From assembly GCF_006345805.1 (NCBI RefSeq), contig NC_042998.1, positions 175,522,001 through 175,586,000 of the forward strand: a stretch of 64,000 nt of DNA, in the 5' to 3' direction. The notes under the pieces are model-generated. The model saw nothing but the letters and a program-made list of their open reading frames with translations, was not told the DNA's origin and did no database searches. This document shows, one piece after another, positions 40,036 through 54,669 of this stretch. A program made the position numbers and the translations under genes. The stretch comes from Octopus sinensis (taxonomy: Eukaryota). Numbering within the stretch: position 1 is the first letter of the stretch; every line of letters begins with the position of its first letter.

Positions 40036-40802
40036 AAATTCCAGAGAGACTTGACGACGTCACTTTTATTAATAGCATCATTAAACTACAATCACATAAA
40101 TCAGAGTACAAATATTTCACGTCATGTTAGATCACATAGAGTTAATCATATTTTAAAAGTGTCTGTTTTCATATAGGCCATAATCGACATTCTTCCTTCT
40201 AAGGATTACAAAAAATAAACAAATATCCCTCTCATCATTTCTGAAATGAATCCTATGTCCACATTTGCTTTAAGTATTATTTTGCTTATTTCTGCTTAAA
40301 TTTTATGAATTTAAAGAAAATATATTTTAATTGTAGAATTGGTATATATTTTACTAGATATTTTTCTTCATGTAAGAATTAGGTCATAATTCCATAAACT
40401 ATGGACCAAATTGATTAATCTCCTCTTTAAGAATAAAGATTGAAAGATGGTTAAAGAATGATGGTAAACAATTATAAAATCATGCCAATGAGTTTTACTT
40501 TTTCCTTTCTGCTTGTAGGATTAGTGCATGTTTTTTTATGGGCAGGGCCAACATTTTGTGGTTCAATTCCTATTGAAGTTACTTTAGCTTTTGATATTAA
40601 CTAGGGATATCAGCAGGAATGACTTAGGTAAGAAGAGTTTCTGAAAATATATGATCATAAGCCTCCAACTTGAATCTTACCAATCTACAAGTGACTTACG
40701 TCTTTTCCAGATACAACTGTGTAGCTCTTGTGTATCTCACTAGATTCTTTGGAATTGGGAATAGGCTTCAGTGCTGAAAAATTAAGGGAAATATTGTATT
40801 AA

Positions 40803-40973
<171 letters not shown>

Positions 40974-42093
40974 TAAATTTTTCATAATTTTCACTTTGAT
41001 ATTGTCATAAACTGTCTGTGATTGACTTCTTACAAAAGTAACAAAATAGTTGTTCCCTGTGTCATTCTCATCTTTTCTCCTCTCTCTGTTCCAAATGGGG
41101 AAGCTTAATCTCTCATCACCTGACACAAAACTACTCCTCTTAAAAAAATCCCCTTCATCTGAGGAGTCTTGTCTTGTGAGTTTTTTGGTGATCTCACCAA
41201 ATAATTCATATAAAGCATACAACTGCATGCAACACTAATGAGGGAGTCTCTAGAAGTCTCTGTGTGGAGACTCAACCATCTGAAAATAGTCAAATCTTCA
41301 AATCACACCTTATTGTCTTAAGAAAAGGGAGGACACATTGGTATATAGCCAATAGCCACTATTGATATGTAGCCAGTGTGTATTTTAGTCTGAGGTCAAC
41401 CTTCATCAAGCAGACCTATTGTCAAAGATATTCCAATCATGACCATCCTGTTTTTTTATGAATATCTAGGACTACATTAACCAATGTAACTTTTCTTTGT
41501 AAAGACAGTAATGTGTAATATGAAGATTTGGCTGCAGTATCTAAGTCTACAAAGTAAGGACCAAATCATCTGTTGGATTTAATAGACCTTAGTGAATAGG
41601 GTGTTAATTTCTGAACATGTTTATTAGGTATATTAAAAATTAGATATATGAATCCTTTTTTTTAATTAGTCAAAGTAAGTAATTTAAGTTTACAGTGGAG
41701 AGAGAGAGGAAATATACATATAATAAGAAACTTAGATATTGTTTGTGACATTGTTATGCTCCATGTAACTAATTTTTCTTCTCAAAATAATCGATATCAC
41801 AGCAAATAACTACTAGATCCATTACTTGTACCTCATTGCACACTAACATACACTAATGATTTTACTCAATTTTGAGCACCTCTGTTTACCATACCATTTC
41901 TATGGTTATCTACATTTTGGACAATATGTCATTGTTGTTTAACCACCATGTCAGACTTGGTTAAACAAACTTAATGCTCAGAAAGCATTTCAGCTATGAC
42001 CATCACATTAATTTCATATTGTCCATTGTGTATTTCTTTGTTGTTGTTCCAAAGTGTATGTTTTTAAATTTTCTTTTTGATTTTATTTTCTAG

Positions 42094-42164
42094 GTTATAG
42101 CTGTAAATGAAGAGGGTGTACAGCGAGCTGCTGCTGCCACTGAGCAACTTGGATACCCAGTTAG
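42094..42164 (+). CDS. SEC14L1: SEC14L1-like exon (CRAL-TRIO), 71 nt
   Basis: ttctag|GTTATA...GTTAG|gttagc; VIAVNEEGVQRAAAATEQLGYPV(S). Confidence 0.9.
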
Positions 42165-42394
42165 GTTAGCTGAGATAACTTAGTTATATTTATTTACATT
42201 GTACCTGCAAGTGTGTGTGAGTGCGATTGCTTAAATACGTGATTTCAAAGTCTGTCAACTGTTTTGATACTAAATTGTTTATACTCTGTAATGGTCAGCA
42301 GGATATTATTAAAGAAAATGGCTGAGGATAGATGAGCCAGACATTCTACTTCTTTAGAGTGAAGGGGTTATTATGCTACATCAATAATAATCTT

Positions 42395-42840
42395 TTCTAC
42401 TCTAGGCACAAGGCCCAAAATTTTTTTGGGAAGGGGGCTAGTCGATTAGATTGACCCCAGTATGCAACTGGTACTTAATTTATTGACCCTGAAAGAATGA
42501 GAGGCAAAGTTGACCTCGGCAGAATTTGAACTCAGAGCGTAAAGACAGACGAAATACCACTAAGCATTTCATGCGGCGTACTAATGTTTCTGCCAGCTCA
42601 CCGCCTTTAAGTATTCTTTTCTACTCTAGGCACAAGGCCTGAAATTTTGGGAGCGGGTGGGGAATGGGGGTAGGCAGTCGATTAGATCAACCCAGTACGC
42701 AACTGGTACTTATTTATCGACCCTGAAAGGATGAAAGGTAAAGTCGACCTAGGCAGAATTTGAACTCAGAATGTAAAGACAGACAAAATACCACTAAGTA
42801 TTAAACCTGGTGTGCTAACATTTCTGCCAACATGCCACCT
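42395..42840 (-). mobile_element. Two tandem copies of the same SINE family
   Basis: Two successive reverse-complement copies (about 42395-42605 and 42615-42840). Confidence 0.88.
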
Positions 42841-43236
42841 TAAGGCTGTCCATAATAATAGTAAAGCTTCTCTTCATTGTTATCTCCACACACCACACAT
42901 TGTCTCTTTTTTTTCTGTCTGTATTTTATATATAAAACAAAAATTTAAATCACTTGAATTGTGAAATTCACTTCATTGTTCCAAAAGTTATTAGCTCAGC
43001 AATTTAAAGAAACAATCTGACTTCTACACTCTTTTCTGTTATCTGAGATTCATGGAGAAGTGCATCTTGGAAAATGTAGATTTTGCAATCTAGTTTGAAA
43101 AAAGATAGAGAAATACATTTTCTTCTTTCATAATTCCTCTTAAAGGGATATTTTGCAAGATTTATTCATCTTTAATAAATTAATAACAGTGATATAAAGA
43201 GATGAATTATGTCCTAATTAAGATCTTGATATGTAA

Positions 43237-43656
<420 letters not shown>

Positions 43657-45139
43657 TAACATTTTTGTCATCAAAATTTGTTTGCAGCCACTGAAATATC
43701 TCTTCATTTCATTCTAAACAAAGTATTATGTGTGATGAATAATTATTATACAGCAAATAAGTCAATATATTTTGGTTTTGTAAGCATATTTAGGCTAACT
43801 GTGTTCTCTAAGAATTTTGGCTTTGAACCTCACTTCATATTATCATCATCATTTCATTGTCATCATCATCATTTTTACTGCCCTTTTCCCCATGTTTGCA
43901 TGGGTCAGACAGAATTTGTAAAAGCATGTTTTCTATAGCCATATACACTTCCTGTTGCCACACCACACCTGATATCAAGCAAGGTAATACTTCCCCATAA
44001 CTAGTCACCTTTTCATAGAAAATTGGAAATAAAAGGTATGACTTGTATGTTGGTGCCACTCATTTACAACTATTGAAAATACAAAGAGATACAAATACAT
44101 AAGCGCTCATGCACACACACATGATTTAAATGCAAGCAATTATAAGTTTCATGCCTCTGAAAGTACAGTGGTTAGATGAGTTAGTATAGCATGGTGCGTA
44201 TTTTATGACAGTCATGGCATGTTATACAAGCTCATCCAACCATTTTATTTTTCAGTGGCATGAAACATGCAGTAGTTTCCATTTAAATCCAGTGTGTATT
44301 AAATATTTTTCTCTCACTGGATGGAGTACTTTTCATGTTGATTCCCACCAATAACAGAACAGTACACTCTATGCTGGCATTGGTGGGATTTTTACAGCTA
44401 GATGCTCTTCCTAACACCAACCACTCAGCAGAGTGGACTTAGTGCTTTTTACATGGCACAAGCACAGGAGAGGTCAGTTTTGGCAAAGATTTTACAGTTG
44501 GATGCCGTTCCAAACACCATCCACATTACAGTGTGGACTGGGTGCTTTTAAGCGGCACCTACACTGACAGGGTCACCAAGTACTTGCAAGACAAAAAAAA
44601 AAAGACTTTTGAGAGAGGAGGGGGCATTGGAGGAAGTGATCTTGTGTTGGATGATGAAAGGTTATAGTGAGGCAGGGAGACAGAAACAGGTGTCTTGCTG
44701 TAGAGGAGGTACAAAGTTACCCGACTGGAGAGAGAGAGAGAGAGAGAGATCAGGAATGAAAACAGAAACAGGTGTGCTGCTGCAAAGGAAATACATGGTT
44801 ACCCAACCTGATGGAAGTGCAGGAGAAGGGAGAGAAAGAGAGAGGGAGACAGCAGGAAAGAGATGGTGGCAAAGTGCTAGGCATATGCAATGATACAGTG
44901 AGACAGCGTGTGAGTGGAACATGCAAGTCAAGCTAGTGGATAGCAATGATATAGTGGCACAGGGCCAACAGAACAGGATTGGGGAGTGGGAAGTAAGCCT
45001 AGTGCATGAAGTGGAAATGTGAGGAAGAGAAGAGATGTAGTTTGGTTTGTTGTGGTAAAGTGTGTGAGAAATTTTCTTGTTAAGTGTTGGTGGGACACAC
45101 AGTGCATCTAGAACTCAGTTTCACTGACATGGGCGAGTC

Positions 45140-45420
45140 TTCTCAAGAACTTCATATCGCCAGGCATCTTGGTCCATTGTCGTTTCCTCTGTGAGGCCCA
45201 ACATCCTGAGATTGGTCCTTGCCACTTCATCCCATGTTTTCTTGGGTCTCCCTCTTCCGTGAGTACCATCTACTTTTCAGTGATTGGCACTTCTTTATGC
45301 AGCTGTCCTCATTCATACGCATCACATGTCCAAACCAACATAGTCTCCTCTCTTGCATGCTACATTTGATTATTCTTACGCCCTACTTTTCTCTCAATAC
45401 ATTTGTACTGATGTTGCACA
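45140..45420 (-). mobile_element. Decayed RTE RT C-terminal fragment
   Basis: tcccatgttttcttgggtctccctcttcc is the reverse of the RGRPRKTWD motif; resembles 34300-34520. Confidence 0.75.
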
Positions 45421-45469
45421 TCCAATAGTTGTGTGTGTGTGTGTTGTGTGCAAGAAGTAAGATGGAGGG

Positions 45470-45875
45470 GAACCTCAAGAAAGATATGAATTTTTCTGGG
45501 TAGGCATACTTATTGCTGAGAAATGGGTAGATGCAGAGAAACAGATAGATAAAGTAGTCACAGTGTGTGATAGGATAAATATGCATGAACTGGTCATGGA
45601 AAATATAACACCAAAATTTATCTCTGCATATGCTCCTCAATCACAACTGGTAGAGGAACAAAAGGACTAATTTTATGAAGTCCTTTTACAGATTACCTCA
45701 ATGATGAATGACAATGATCTTATCTTTATGACTAGTGACTTCAACAAATATGTTGCTCATCAACTTATTGGATACTTTGGTGTACATGGAGACTATGGCT
45801 TTGGTCCTGGAAATGAGGATGTAACAAAGTCCTTAGAGTTCTGTGATGCCCTGATAATTTGCAACACTAACTGAA
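45470..45875 (+). pseudogene. Decayed APE endonuclease of an RTE-type LINE
   Basis: Conceptual translation with stops: VGILIAEKWV...FISAYAPQ...EQKD*FYEVL...TSDFN...VHGDYGFGPGNE...LEFCDA.LIICNT. Confidence 0.75.
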
Positions 45876-46842
45876 ACCCACTTAGCAGTGGAAAATGTGA
45901 TCAATTGTTAATTAAATTATAATAAAGGATTAATCACATTTAAATAATAAAATGGTGGATTTGATTATTTGTATTATAATCTCTAGAAATAATCAAATAT
46001 TTTTAATATTTAAACATGTGACCATTGTGTCCCTTTATAATTATGTTAATTCAGGGCATTCATCAAACCAAAGTTGAATAATATGTATTGTAAGATTTAT
46101 TAAATATGTTCTTACTCATCAGTTTTATTTCCAGAGAAAATGATTTTGAAATGTTGATAATGAATTACTTTTCTTTTTTTATTTTGTCACATATCTTTTA
46201 TTTTGTTAGTTTAGAGAAATTGTCAATGTTACCTTTCTAATTAGAAGAAATTCGTTTAAAATATCCGTTATTATCAATTGTACCTCACTAATTGTTTCCA
46301 GGGCTGCAAAGAAGGAAGGGATACACAGTTGGAGACCACGGTGAATATTTCCATATTCTCTGAATACTGTAGCAAATAATCAAAATAAACTTGGCGTATT
46401 TCATAAGATGTATATATCATTGCATGCTATATTTCTATGACAAACCTGGCATGACTTGAAATACCCAAGTTTAACTAGTGAATCTGCTGCTGCTGCTACT
46501 ACTACTATTTACTACTACTATTACTACTACTACTTCTACTTCTACTACCAGTTTTCACTTTTACGTTGTACCACAATAGACATTCTATTAGAAGAATATC
46601 TAGTCACCTTATGTATTTTTATATTTGTATCATTTTCAATGGTAGAACTTAAAGTAGATAAAGCTATAACTAATAACATGCAAATATTGGGTTAAAAATA
46701 CCTGTGGATGGAAAAAAAATCAAAGGCTCCTTATGACTTTTTCCCTCCAAGGGCTTTCTTGACCCAGTTTTTGCACACTTTTATAGCTTTATCCACAATT
46801 AAAAGCATTATATTTCATGTCTCTCAAATTTTCTAAATTTTT

Positions 46843-46881
<39 letters not shown>

Positions 46882-47464
46882 CATTATATATGTGTGTGTG
46901 TGTGTGTGTGGGTGGGTGGGTGCAAGCTTGGCCAAATGGCTAAGAAGTTCACTTTGTAAATATAAGGTCCTGGGTTCAATCTCACTGCATGGAATCTTGG
47001 GCAAATGTCTTTTACTATAGCTTCAGGTCAACCCCAAGGCTTGTGAATGAAATTGGGTGCATGGAAACTGTGTGGAAGCCTGTCAGATTAGTCTACTTGT
47101 AATTGAACGGCACAATTTTGTCAGAGGTTGTTTCATTAAGAGTCCAATATGTCTATGGAATATTCAGCCAGTTACAGTATAATTCAGTGAGTAGGCAGTT
47201 CAGTCAGTCAAACTACTGAAATGCTCACCATCAAAACCCAAGTAAGATCTGTTTACCTGTGTATATATTAATATATATTAACTAGGGCATGAATAATCCT
47301 CTTTTTCTACAATTTCTATTTTCCTATCTGCTTGATTTTTTTAGGTTTGGTTTACTCTGTATGCATGAACTATTATTTTGCTGGTTGTTTCCTTAGAAGC
47401 ATAATTAACAATAGAAAAGAGGGAAATATTTATGTTATCCAGCCAATATACAAAAATAATCCTT

Positions 47465-47670
47465 TCTACTATAGGCACATGGTCTGGAATTTTGTGGGGA
47501 AAGGGGATTAGTTGATTACATCGATCACAGTACTCAACAGGTACGTATTTTATTGACCCCAGAAGTATAAAAGGCGAAGTCGACCTTGATCGAATTTGAA
47601 CTCAGAGCATAAAGCCTGAAGAAGTGACACTAAGCATTTTGTCTGCTATGGTTACGATTCTGTTGGCTTG

Positions 47671-47675
<5 letters not shown>
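47465..47675 (-). mobile_element. Same SINE family, diverged
   Basis: aaaggcgaagtcgaccttgatcgaatttgaactcagagc. Confidence 0.75.
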
Positions 47676-47712
<37 letters not shown>

Positions 47713-48228
47713 TGTGTACAGTGCTCAGGTGCACTACAACTCATCTAAAGTGTATATATAATCAGGTGTAGTTTCGGCGGATTTCAGAAAGCATGAGGGC
47801 CTTAAAGAATATACAAACATAATAGAAATTTGTTGGGTTTTTCATATAGATAAAAGAAGAAGCTACCATGGAGCTTTGTTTTCTTGTAGTGGTGTTTCAA
47901 GAGTGAGTCACTTTAACAGAGCACATACTGCTCAGAACTGTTAATTACAAATGGTTTCATAAATACACAGTGGAAATTATGAGAAATGACTCAACTAAAA
48001 ATTGAACTGGAACAACAGAATTAGTTCACTGGAATTTACCACCATAAAGTGTGTGCGCTTTATATTTAAAAAAAAATTATCTTAGCGAAATGGAGGAAGA
48101 GCAATGTCCATGGCTTTCTTTTTAGGACCTTCATGACTGATGGTAAGAATTTATCCTAAAACTTGACAACACAGTAGACACCTCTAAAGGCACTCCAGGG
48201 TGAGGAGATAGTGGTATTAAACCGGGTA

Positions 48229-48459
48229 GGCGGCGAGCTGGCAGAAACGTCAGCACTCCGGGCGAAATGCTTAACGGTACTTCGTCTGTCTTTACGTTCT
48301 GAGTTCAAATTCCGCCGAGGTAGACTTTGCCTTTCATCCTTTCGGGGTCGATTAAATAAGTACCACTTACGCACTGGGGTCGATGTAATCGACTTAATCC
48401 CTTTGTCTGTTCTTGTTTGTCCTCTCTGTGTTTAGCCCCTTGTGGGTAGTAAAGAAATA
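48229..48459 (+). mobile_element. Full-length young SINE (central gcctttcatcctttcggggtcgat domain, Meta/Deu-like)
   Basis: 16-bp perfect TSD ggtattaaaccgggta (48213-48228 / 48460-48475). Confidence 0.92.
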
Positions 48460-48789
48460 GGTATTAAACCGGGTAATGGATTGAGTTTACCACCCAGTAG
48501 GCATATTTTTAAATGACAAGTTTTTGTAATCTATCTTATCTCTATGTAATAATACCTGACATAAATGTTGGTTATGCGTCTTCAGTTATGCTTCTTATTG
48601 TATTGAGAGATGGGGAGTGAGAGTAAAAGAGGCATACAGATTGAGAGTTAACATAAAAAGGTGCAGGATCAGTGCACATACTCTTGCTTGGTGACAGGCA
48701 ATGAATAAAGAACATTATGCCTCCCACCACCACTACACACACATGCATACACATACACACCCACACACAGTGTATGAAAGAATTATGGA

Positions 48790-49020
48790 AGGTGGCGAAC
48801 TGACAGAAACGTTAGCACGCCGGATGAAATGCTTACCGGTATTTCGTCTGCCGTTACATTCTGAGTTCAAATTCCGCCAAGGTCGACTTTGCCTTTCATC
48901 CTTTCGAGGTGGATAAATAAAGTACCAGTTACGCACTGGGGTCAATGTAATCAACTTAATCTGTTTGTCTGTCCTTGTTTGTCCCCTCTATATTTAGCCC
49001 CTTGTGGGCAATAAAGAAAT
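48790..49020 (+). mobile_element. Full-length SINE, same family
   Basis: High similarity to 48229-48459. Confidence 0.9.
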
Positions 49021-49230
49021 AAGAAAGAGTCATGGGAATAGAAGAAAGAGGGAGTAAATGAAGTAGTTAGAGAGGGTAAGAGAAAGAGAGAGTAGAACCA
49101 AAGTGCAACAGTTCAGAACAATATAATAAAGTGTAAAAAATATAGTTGAAATAGATATTTTAAAGCAAAATAGAGGGTCTAAGAGAGAAAGGAGAGAAAG
49201 AGTAGGGTAAGTGATAGGTAGAGGTGATAA

Positions 49231-49272
<42 letters not shown>

Positions 49273-50044
49273 TAGAGAAGGTAGTCAATTACAAATATAT
49301 GGAAGAAATTAAAGCATATCACATTTGAAAAGTTATTTGTAAAACAATGAAAATGGTTTGATAACAACAAGAATCATCAACTGAAAAAATATTTAAACAC
49401 TTGTAAGTTTTATAGAGACAGACTTTAGTAAAAATATGTTTGTATCAAATAGTTTGTATTAAGTGAAGTATGATATGAATAAGTTCAGAAATACAAGGGA
49501 ATATATATGTGTATGTGTGTGTATTGATATAGATACACAAATATATGATTATATATAAGCACATACAAATACATGCACCCATACAGATACACACATACAC
49601 ATACATTTACACAGATTTACATTATACATACATACATACATACATACATACATACATACATACATACATACACACACACATACACATATTTATGTGTGTG
49701 TGTGTATTAATTTTAAGGAAACAAAGATTTTCCTTTTGAAAATTATTATTAGCACCAAGAAATTTAGTAAAAGTTAAATTATAATTATTGTATGTATGCT
49801 ATATTTCCTGAGATCGTCCATGGTTGCAGAAATATATTTTCAAAGCTACCTGTCATATGACAAGTAACACTCTAGTGCTTTGATAATGAAACCTTTGCTT
49901 TTTGAGATCTTATTACATATGCTAAGATGGATATTTGTTCAGATATCATATATAATGATAAATTGTATGTTTCCTATTTCATTTATTTTTATTTTTAATG
50001 AAATTATCCTTAAATATGCCAGCCACATTCAACTACTAAATATT

Positions 50045-50245
50045 GGTTTCAAATTTTGGCACAAGGACAGCAAGTTGGGAGTGGGGTGAGTTGATTACAT
50101 CAATACCAGTTGGTTACATCAACCCCAAAAGGATGAAAGGCAAAGTTGACCTCGGCTGAATTTGAACTCAGAATGTAAAGATGGACGAAATGCTGCTAAG
50201 CATTTTGCCTAGTGTACTAATGATTCTGCCAGCTTGCTGCCTTAA
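50045..50245 (-). mobile_element. Same SINE family
   Basis: ggatgaaaggcaaagttgacctcggctgaatttgaactcag. Confidence 0.8.
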
Positions 50246-51934
50246 ATGTTTTAGAAAAATATTAGCTAATCAGATCTTATGGAATTTAGAGTTAAAATAG
50301 TAATCACTGCAACATCAGTGTCAACTATCTTAACTTTTGAAATAATTTAATGATAATATTAAGTCACCATTATTCTGTGCAGATTTTACTGCTTTCATAT
50401 TCTTAAGAAATCTTTGGAAATTTATTTTCATATTAAGGAAATTTTCCTTATTATATAACTTAGCACTGATGAGGAATTTTAGTTGGTATTTTAGAAATTA
50501 TGATGAATTTTTTTTCCCGTTAAATCTCTACACAGATTTTTCTAGCTGATATTAAAGTGGAACTTCAAAATTAAATATATCATCCACATCTTCTTTGATA
50601 TGAGAAATTATACATTCTGTTAGGCTGCATCATTGCATTCTTTCACCACACTTCATATGTATTTTATTTTCAAGAATAGCATGGCTTTGATAAAAGCATT
50701 TTATTTTAAGTGGCATTTTCTTTATATATCTATTCTTTGCTACTAAATATTGTTTCAGAATAAGGGCAGTGATCATTTAGACGAAAAAAAAATCTTGTAA
50801 TGTTAATTATAGACTAATTGTCTCTTTAGCATTTTTCCAGATCTTTTGCAATCTACTATTTTCTTTTATATCCTTAACTCTTGTCTTTTAAATTATTTAA
50901 TGTTTTTTGTGGGTGCTGGGGTGACTTCTCATCCAATATGTAATCCTTTTAAACATTACCAGACTATTAATATTACCTTTTGCATTTCAATTTACCCAAC
51001 ATTTCTGTTGTTTCAATCTTCATCAAGTGTTCTATTTTTATAAATGTTACATTGTTTCAGGCTAGATTTATTTATAAATGAAATTTCAGAGTTTAAATCC
51101 ACCCTTGAACAATGTTAATATTCAGAAATAGGACAACCTTATAATGATTGGAGAGTGAATTTGTGGAAATGTTGGAGAAACTGAAATACAAAAAAATTGG
51201 CTCAATAACTGGTAAGCTTAAATAATTGTGAAGTCAGAAATGAACTTGAACTCCTTTTTGGTTTGATAATCACCAATTTGTTCTGTAACAAGAATTAGTG
51301 ATAGGAATGGCTCCTAACCATAGAAATCTGAACCGTACAAAACCAAGACGCATCCGAAGTGCCCTGCTGTGAGATAGAACCTGAAACTATCTGGTTACAA
51401 AGGGAACTCCATATTCACACAGCTAAACTTATGACTATAAATGCAATTTATTGTTGTAATGTTAGTGTATGTGGTGTCCAGATCTTGTTTTTATTCATTT
51501 AGAATTGATAAAGCACATATTAGTAGTATACAGGAATTGAGTTCACTCACTATGTCCCTCTCTTCATTGTACTATAACAACAGTTTAATAATCTCTGATT
51601 GCTCAAGCCAGGTTATTGGTTGGATCCTGGTCTCTTCTAAGCTAAATACCCATAGCAAGAACTTTGCTTTATTCCCAATATTAAACAGGTAAATGATTGT
51701 TAAAAACAATTTACTTGATCATGTTATGCAACTTAGAACCTGCTAAACCTATGACCCACTAATTGTATATGAAAGATTTTATGGAGACTGTATAATTAAA
51801 TGACTGATAATACTTGAAGGATTATCCAAACATTATCTCATATAAGAAAACTTATCTACCTTATATATAAAAAATAGGAAACTTAGCAATCACTTGCAGC
51901 TTGTATAATGTTTATGCTAATTGTTTTAGGTGCC

Positions 51935-52135
51935 TACATAGTCGCAAGCACAAACAGATACTCCCTCGACCCAATGGAACAAATAGGATGTGACAGCTGG
52001 AGGGGAAAAGGGCTGCTTCAGCTGTCTGCTGGTACTCATTTCCAGTTTAGTAGACTAGAGCAGCATGAAACTTGCTCATCACCTGGTTTAGGAATTGAAC
52101 TTGCAGCTTTAAGATTGTGAACCCAATGCCTTTTA
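51935..52135 (-). mobile_element. Decayed CORE-like SINE
   Basis: Similar to 28990-29137, but diverged. Confidence 0.5.
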
Positions 52136-53024
52136 CATGCCTTCTCAGGCTTTTATTGACCAACATTTTCCAAAGACTGTGTTCCTTTCTCTCTCTCCCT
52201 TTTTATGGTCTCTACCTAACTAGATGACTCTGTAGTATTTCCACTTCTGTGATCCAACTCTTCTCTTCCTTTCACTCTCATACATTTAATGAGTGTCTGA
52301 TATTTAGTCTGTACTGAACACCTTGTAAGCCTTCATACGTCATCAGATAATTCTAAACTGTTGTTTAGTAATGCTCACCCATGTGCCTAGTCTGACTACT
52401 CCATTTATATGTCACTCTCAAGAAGTTGATTGACCTCTATATTTATTGTTTATTTTTCTTTATGTACATGTGTATGCATGTTGTGTGTATGTGAGTATAT
52501 GTATTTCTATATTTTTCTATAAATATAGAAATCTATAGTCTAGTTCATGTATTTGTTTTGCAAGATTCTTGATGTGAAATCATGTGTTAAAACAGATATT
52601 GTTATATTTGGGGAGGGTTATATTCTGCCAGTTGAACTATATATTTGGTCTTCACTTCAGCTTTATCATAATTTTTTAGTTTCTTTGTCAACAAAACTAA
52701 AATGATAATAATAAAGCTGAAGTGAAAGCCAAATATACAGTGTGTGTGTTTAATTGGCAAAATATGACCATCCCCAAGTATAAAAAATATAATATAGTTC
52801 GTTTTCTATAAAAGATTATGGCATGATAACTAATGAAATTGCCTAACTTTTTGAAATCAGAGTGGCCTATAATTAATGATTAGTCCTATTATCTTCCAGA
52901 AGTGGGGTACTGGTAAAGGTATTAGTATCAATGATTTTCCTCATGTAAGAAAAGTGAAATAGTTACAGTTAGAAATTGTGGTTAGATCACTGACTCAATT
53001 CACTGAAGAAAGCTAGAAAGACAT

Positions 53025-53460
53025 TATCACCATCATCATCATCGTTTAATGTCCGTTTTCCATGCTGGTATGGGTTGGACAGTTCGACTGGGGTCTGGGA
53101 AACCAGGAGGCTGTGCCAGGCCCCAATCTGATCTGGCAGAGTTTCTACAGCTGGATGCCCTTCCTAATGCCAACCACTCCGAGAATGTAGTGGATGCCTT
53201 TTACGTGCCACCAGCACAAGGGGCCAGAGGAGACTGGATTCAACCACGATCAAATGATGCTTTTCACGTGCCACCGACATGGAAGCCTGTCAAGGAGGCA
53301 GTGGCATTGGCCACGTTCAGATGGTGCCTTTTATGTACTATTGGCATGGGGCTCGCAACCTTAATTTCCATTTCATTTGATTTTGATATTGCTGATGTTG
53401 ATGTACTTGACTCTGCATCAGCCATGTTTGGATGGTGCTTTTTACGTACTACCAGGGCTC
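53025..53460 (-). mobile_element. RTE LINE 3'UTR fragment
   Basis: catcatcgtttaatgtccgttttccatgctggtatgggttggac...ctggatgcccttcctaatgccaaccactcc tail motif. Confidence 0.85.
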
Positions 53461-53471
53461 ACAGCTACACC

Positions 53472-53501
<30 letters not shown>

Positions 53502-53503
<2 letters not shown>

Positions 53504-54650
53504 CATCATCATCATCATCGTTTAATGTCCGTTTTCCATGCAAGCATGGGTTGGATGGTTCGACTGGGGTCTGGGAAGCCAGGAGGCTGCACCAGGCTCC
53601 AGTCTGATCTGGCAGTATTTCTACAGCTGGATGCCATTCCTAATGCCAACCACTCTGAGAGTGTAGTGGGTGCTTTCTACGTGCTACTGGCACAGGGGTC
53701 AGGGCAGGCTGGCAATGCCCCCGATCGGTTGGTGCTTTTTACGTGCCACCAGCATGGAAGCCAGTCAAGGCAGCGTTGGCATCGGCCACGTTCGGATGGT
53801 GCTTTTCATGTCCCACCGGCTTGGGTATCACAACTACAATTTCCATTTGATTTTCATTTTGATGTTAATGTACTTGACTCAATAGATCTCCTCAAGCACA
53901 GCATGTCACCCTACGATCCAAGGTACATTTGATTGGGCTGGGGCTGGTTATGCAAAACTGGTGTAGGATACAGCTGTGAACTCACTTTATTTCCTAGCTC
54001 TTCGCAGTCACAGCATATCTCCACAGGTTTAGGTCTTTCGTCATTGCCTCTGTGAGGCCCAACATTCGAAGGTCATGCTTCACTACCACATCTCATGTCT
54101 TCCTGGGTCTACCTCTACCCTGGATTCCTTCAATTGTTTCGGAGTGGTACTTCTTCACACAGCTCTCTGCATCCTTCCGTAGTACATGACTGTACCAGCA
54201 CAAATGTCTGTCTTGCATGCCACATCTGATACTTCTTATGTCCAACATTTCTCTCGGGGCACTTACACTCTGTCGTGTGTGCACACTGACATTACACATC
54301 CAGCGGATCATGCTAGCTTCATTTCTTTCAAGCCTACGCATGTCCTCTGCAGTCACAGCCCATGTTTCACTACCGTGAAGCATGGCAGTTCGCACACATG
54401 CATCATACAATCTACCTTTCACTCTGAATGAGAGGCCCTTTGTCAACAGTAGGAGTAGAAGCTTTCTAAACTTTGCCCAGGCTATTCTTATTCTAGTGGT
54501 AACACTCTCTGAGCATCCACCTCCACTACTAACTTGGTCACCTAGGTAGCGGAAGCTATCAACTACTTCTAGTTTCTTCCCCTGGAATGTGATGGAATCT
54601 GTTTTCTGAGCATCTGTGGTGTTTATTGCTCCTGTGCATTTGAGCATGGT
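53502..54650 (-). mobile_element. RTE LINE, 5'-truncated, partly decayed
   Basis: ORF 54093..54665 reads KLEVVDSFRYLGDQVSSGGG...GRGRPRKT; same 3'UTR and (CAT)n tail. Confidence 0.9.
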
Positions 54651-54669
54651 CGATGTCAGTGCCACCTGA

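Noticed and set aside
40519-40627. Possible cryptic or poison exon ending TAG|gtaaga
   Set aside because: The donor is strong, but candidate lengths (109 or 23 nt) break the frame and nothing else supports it; it needs RNA-seq.
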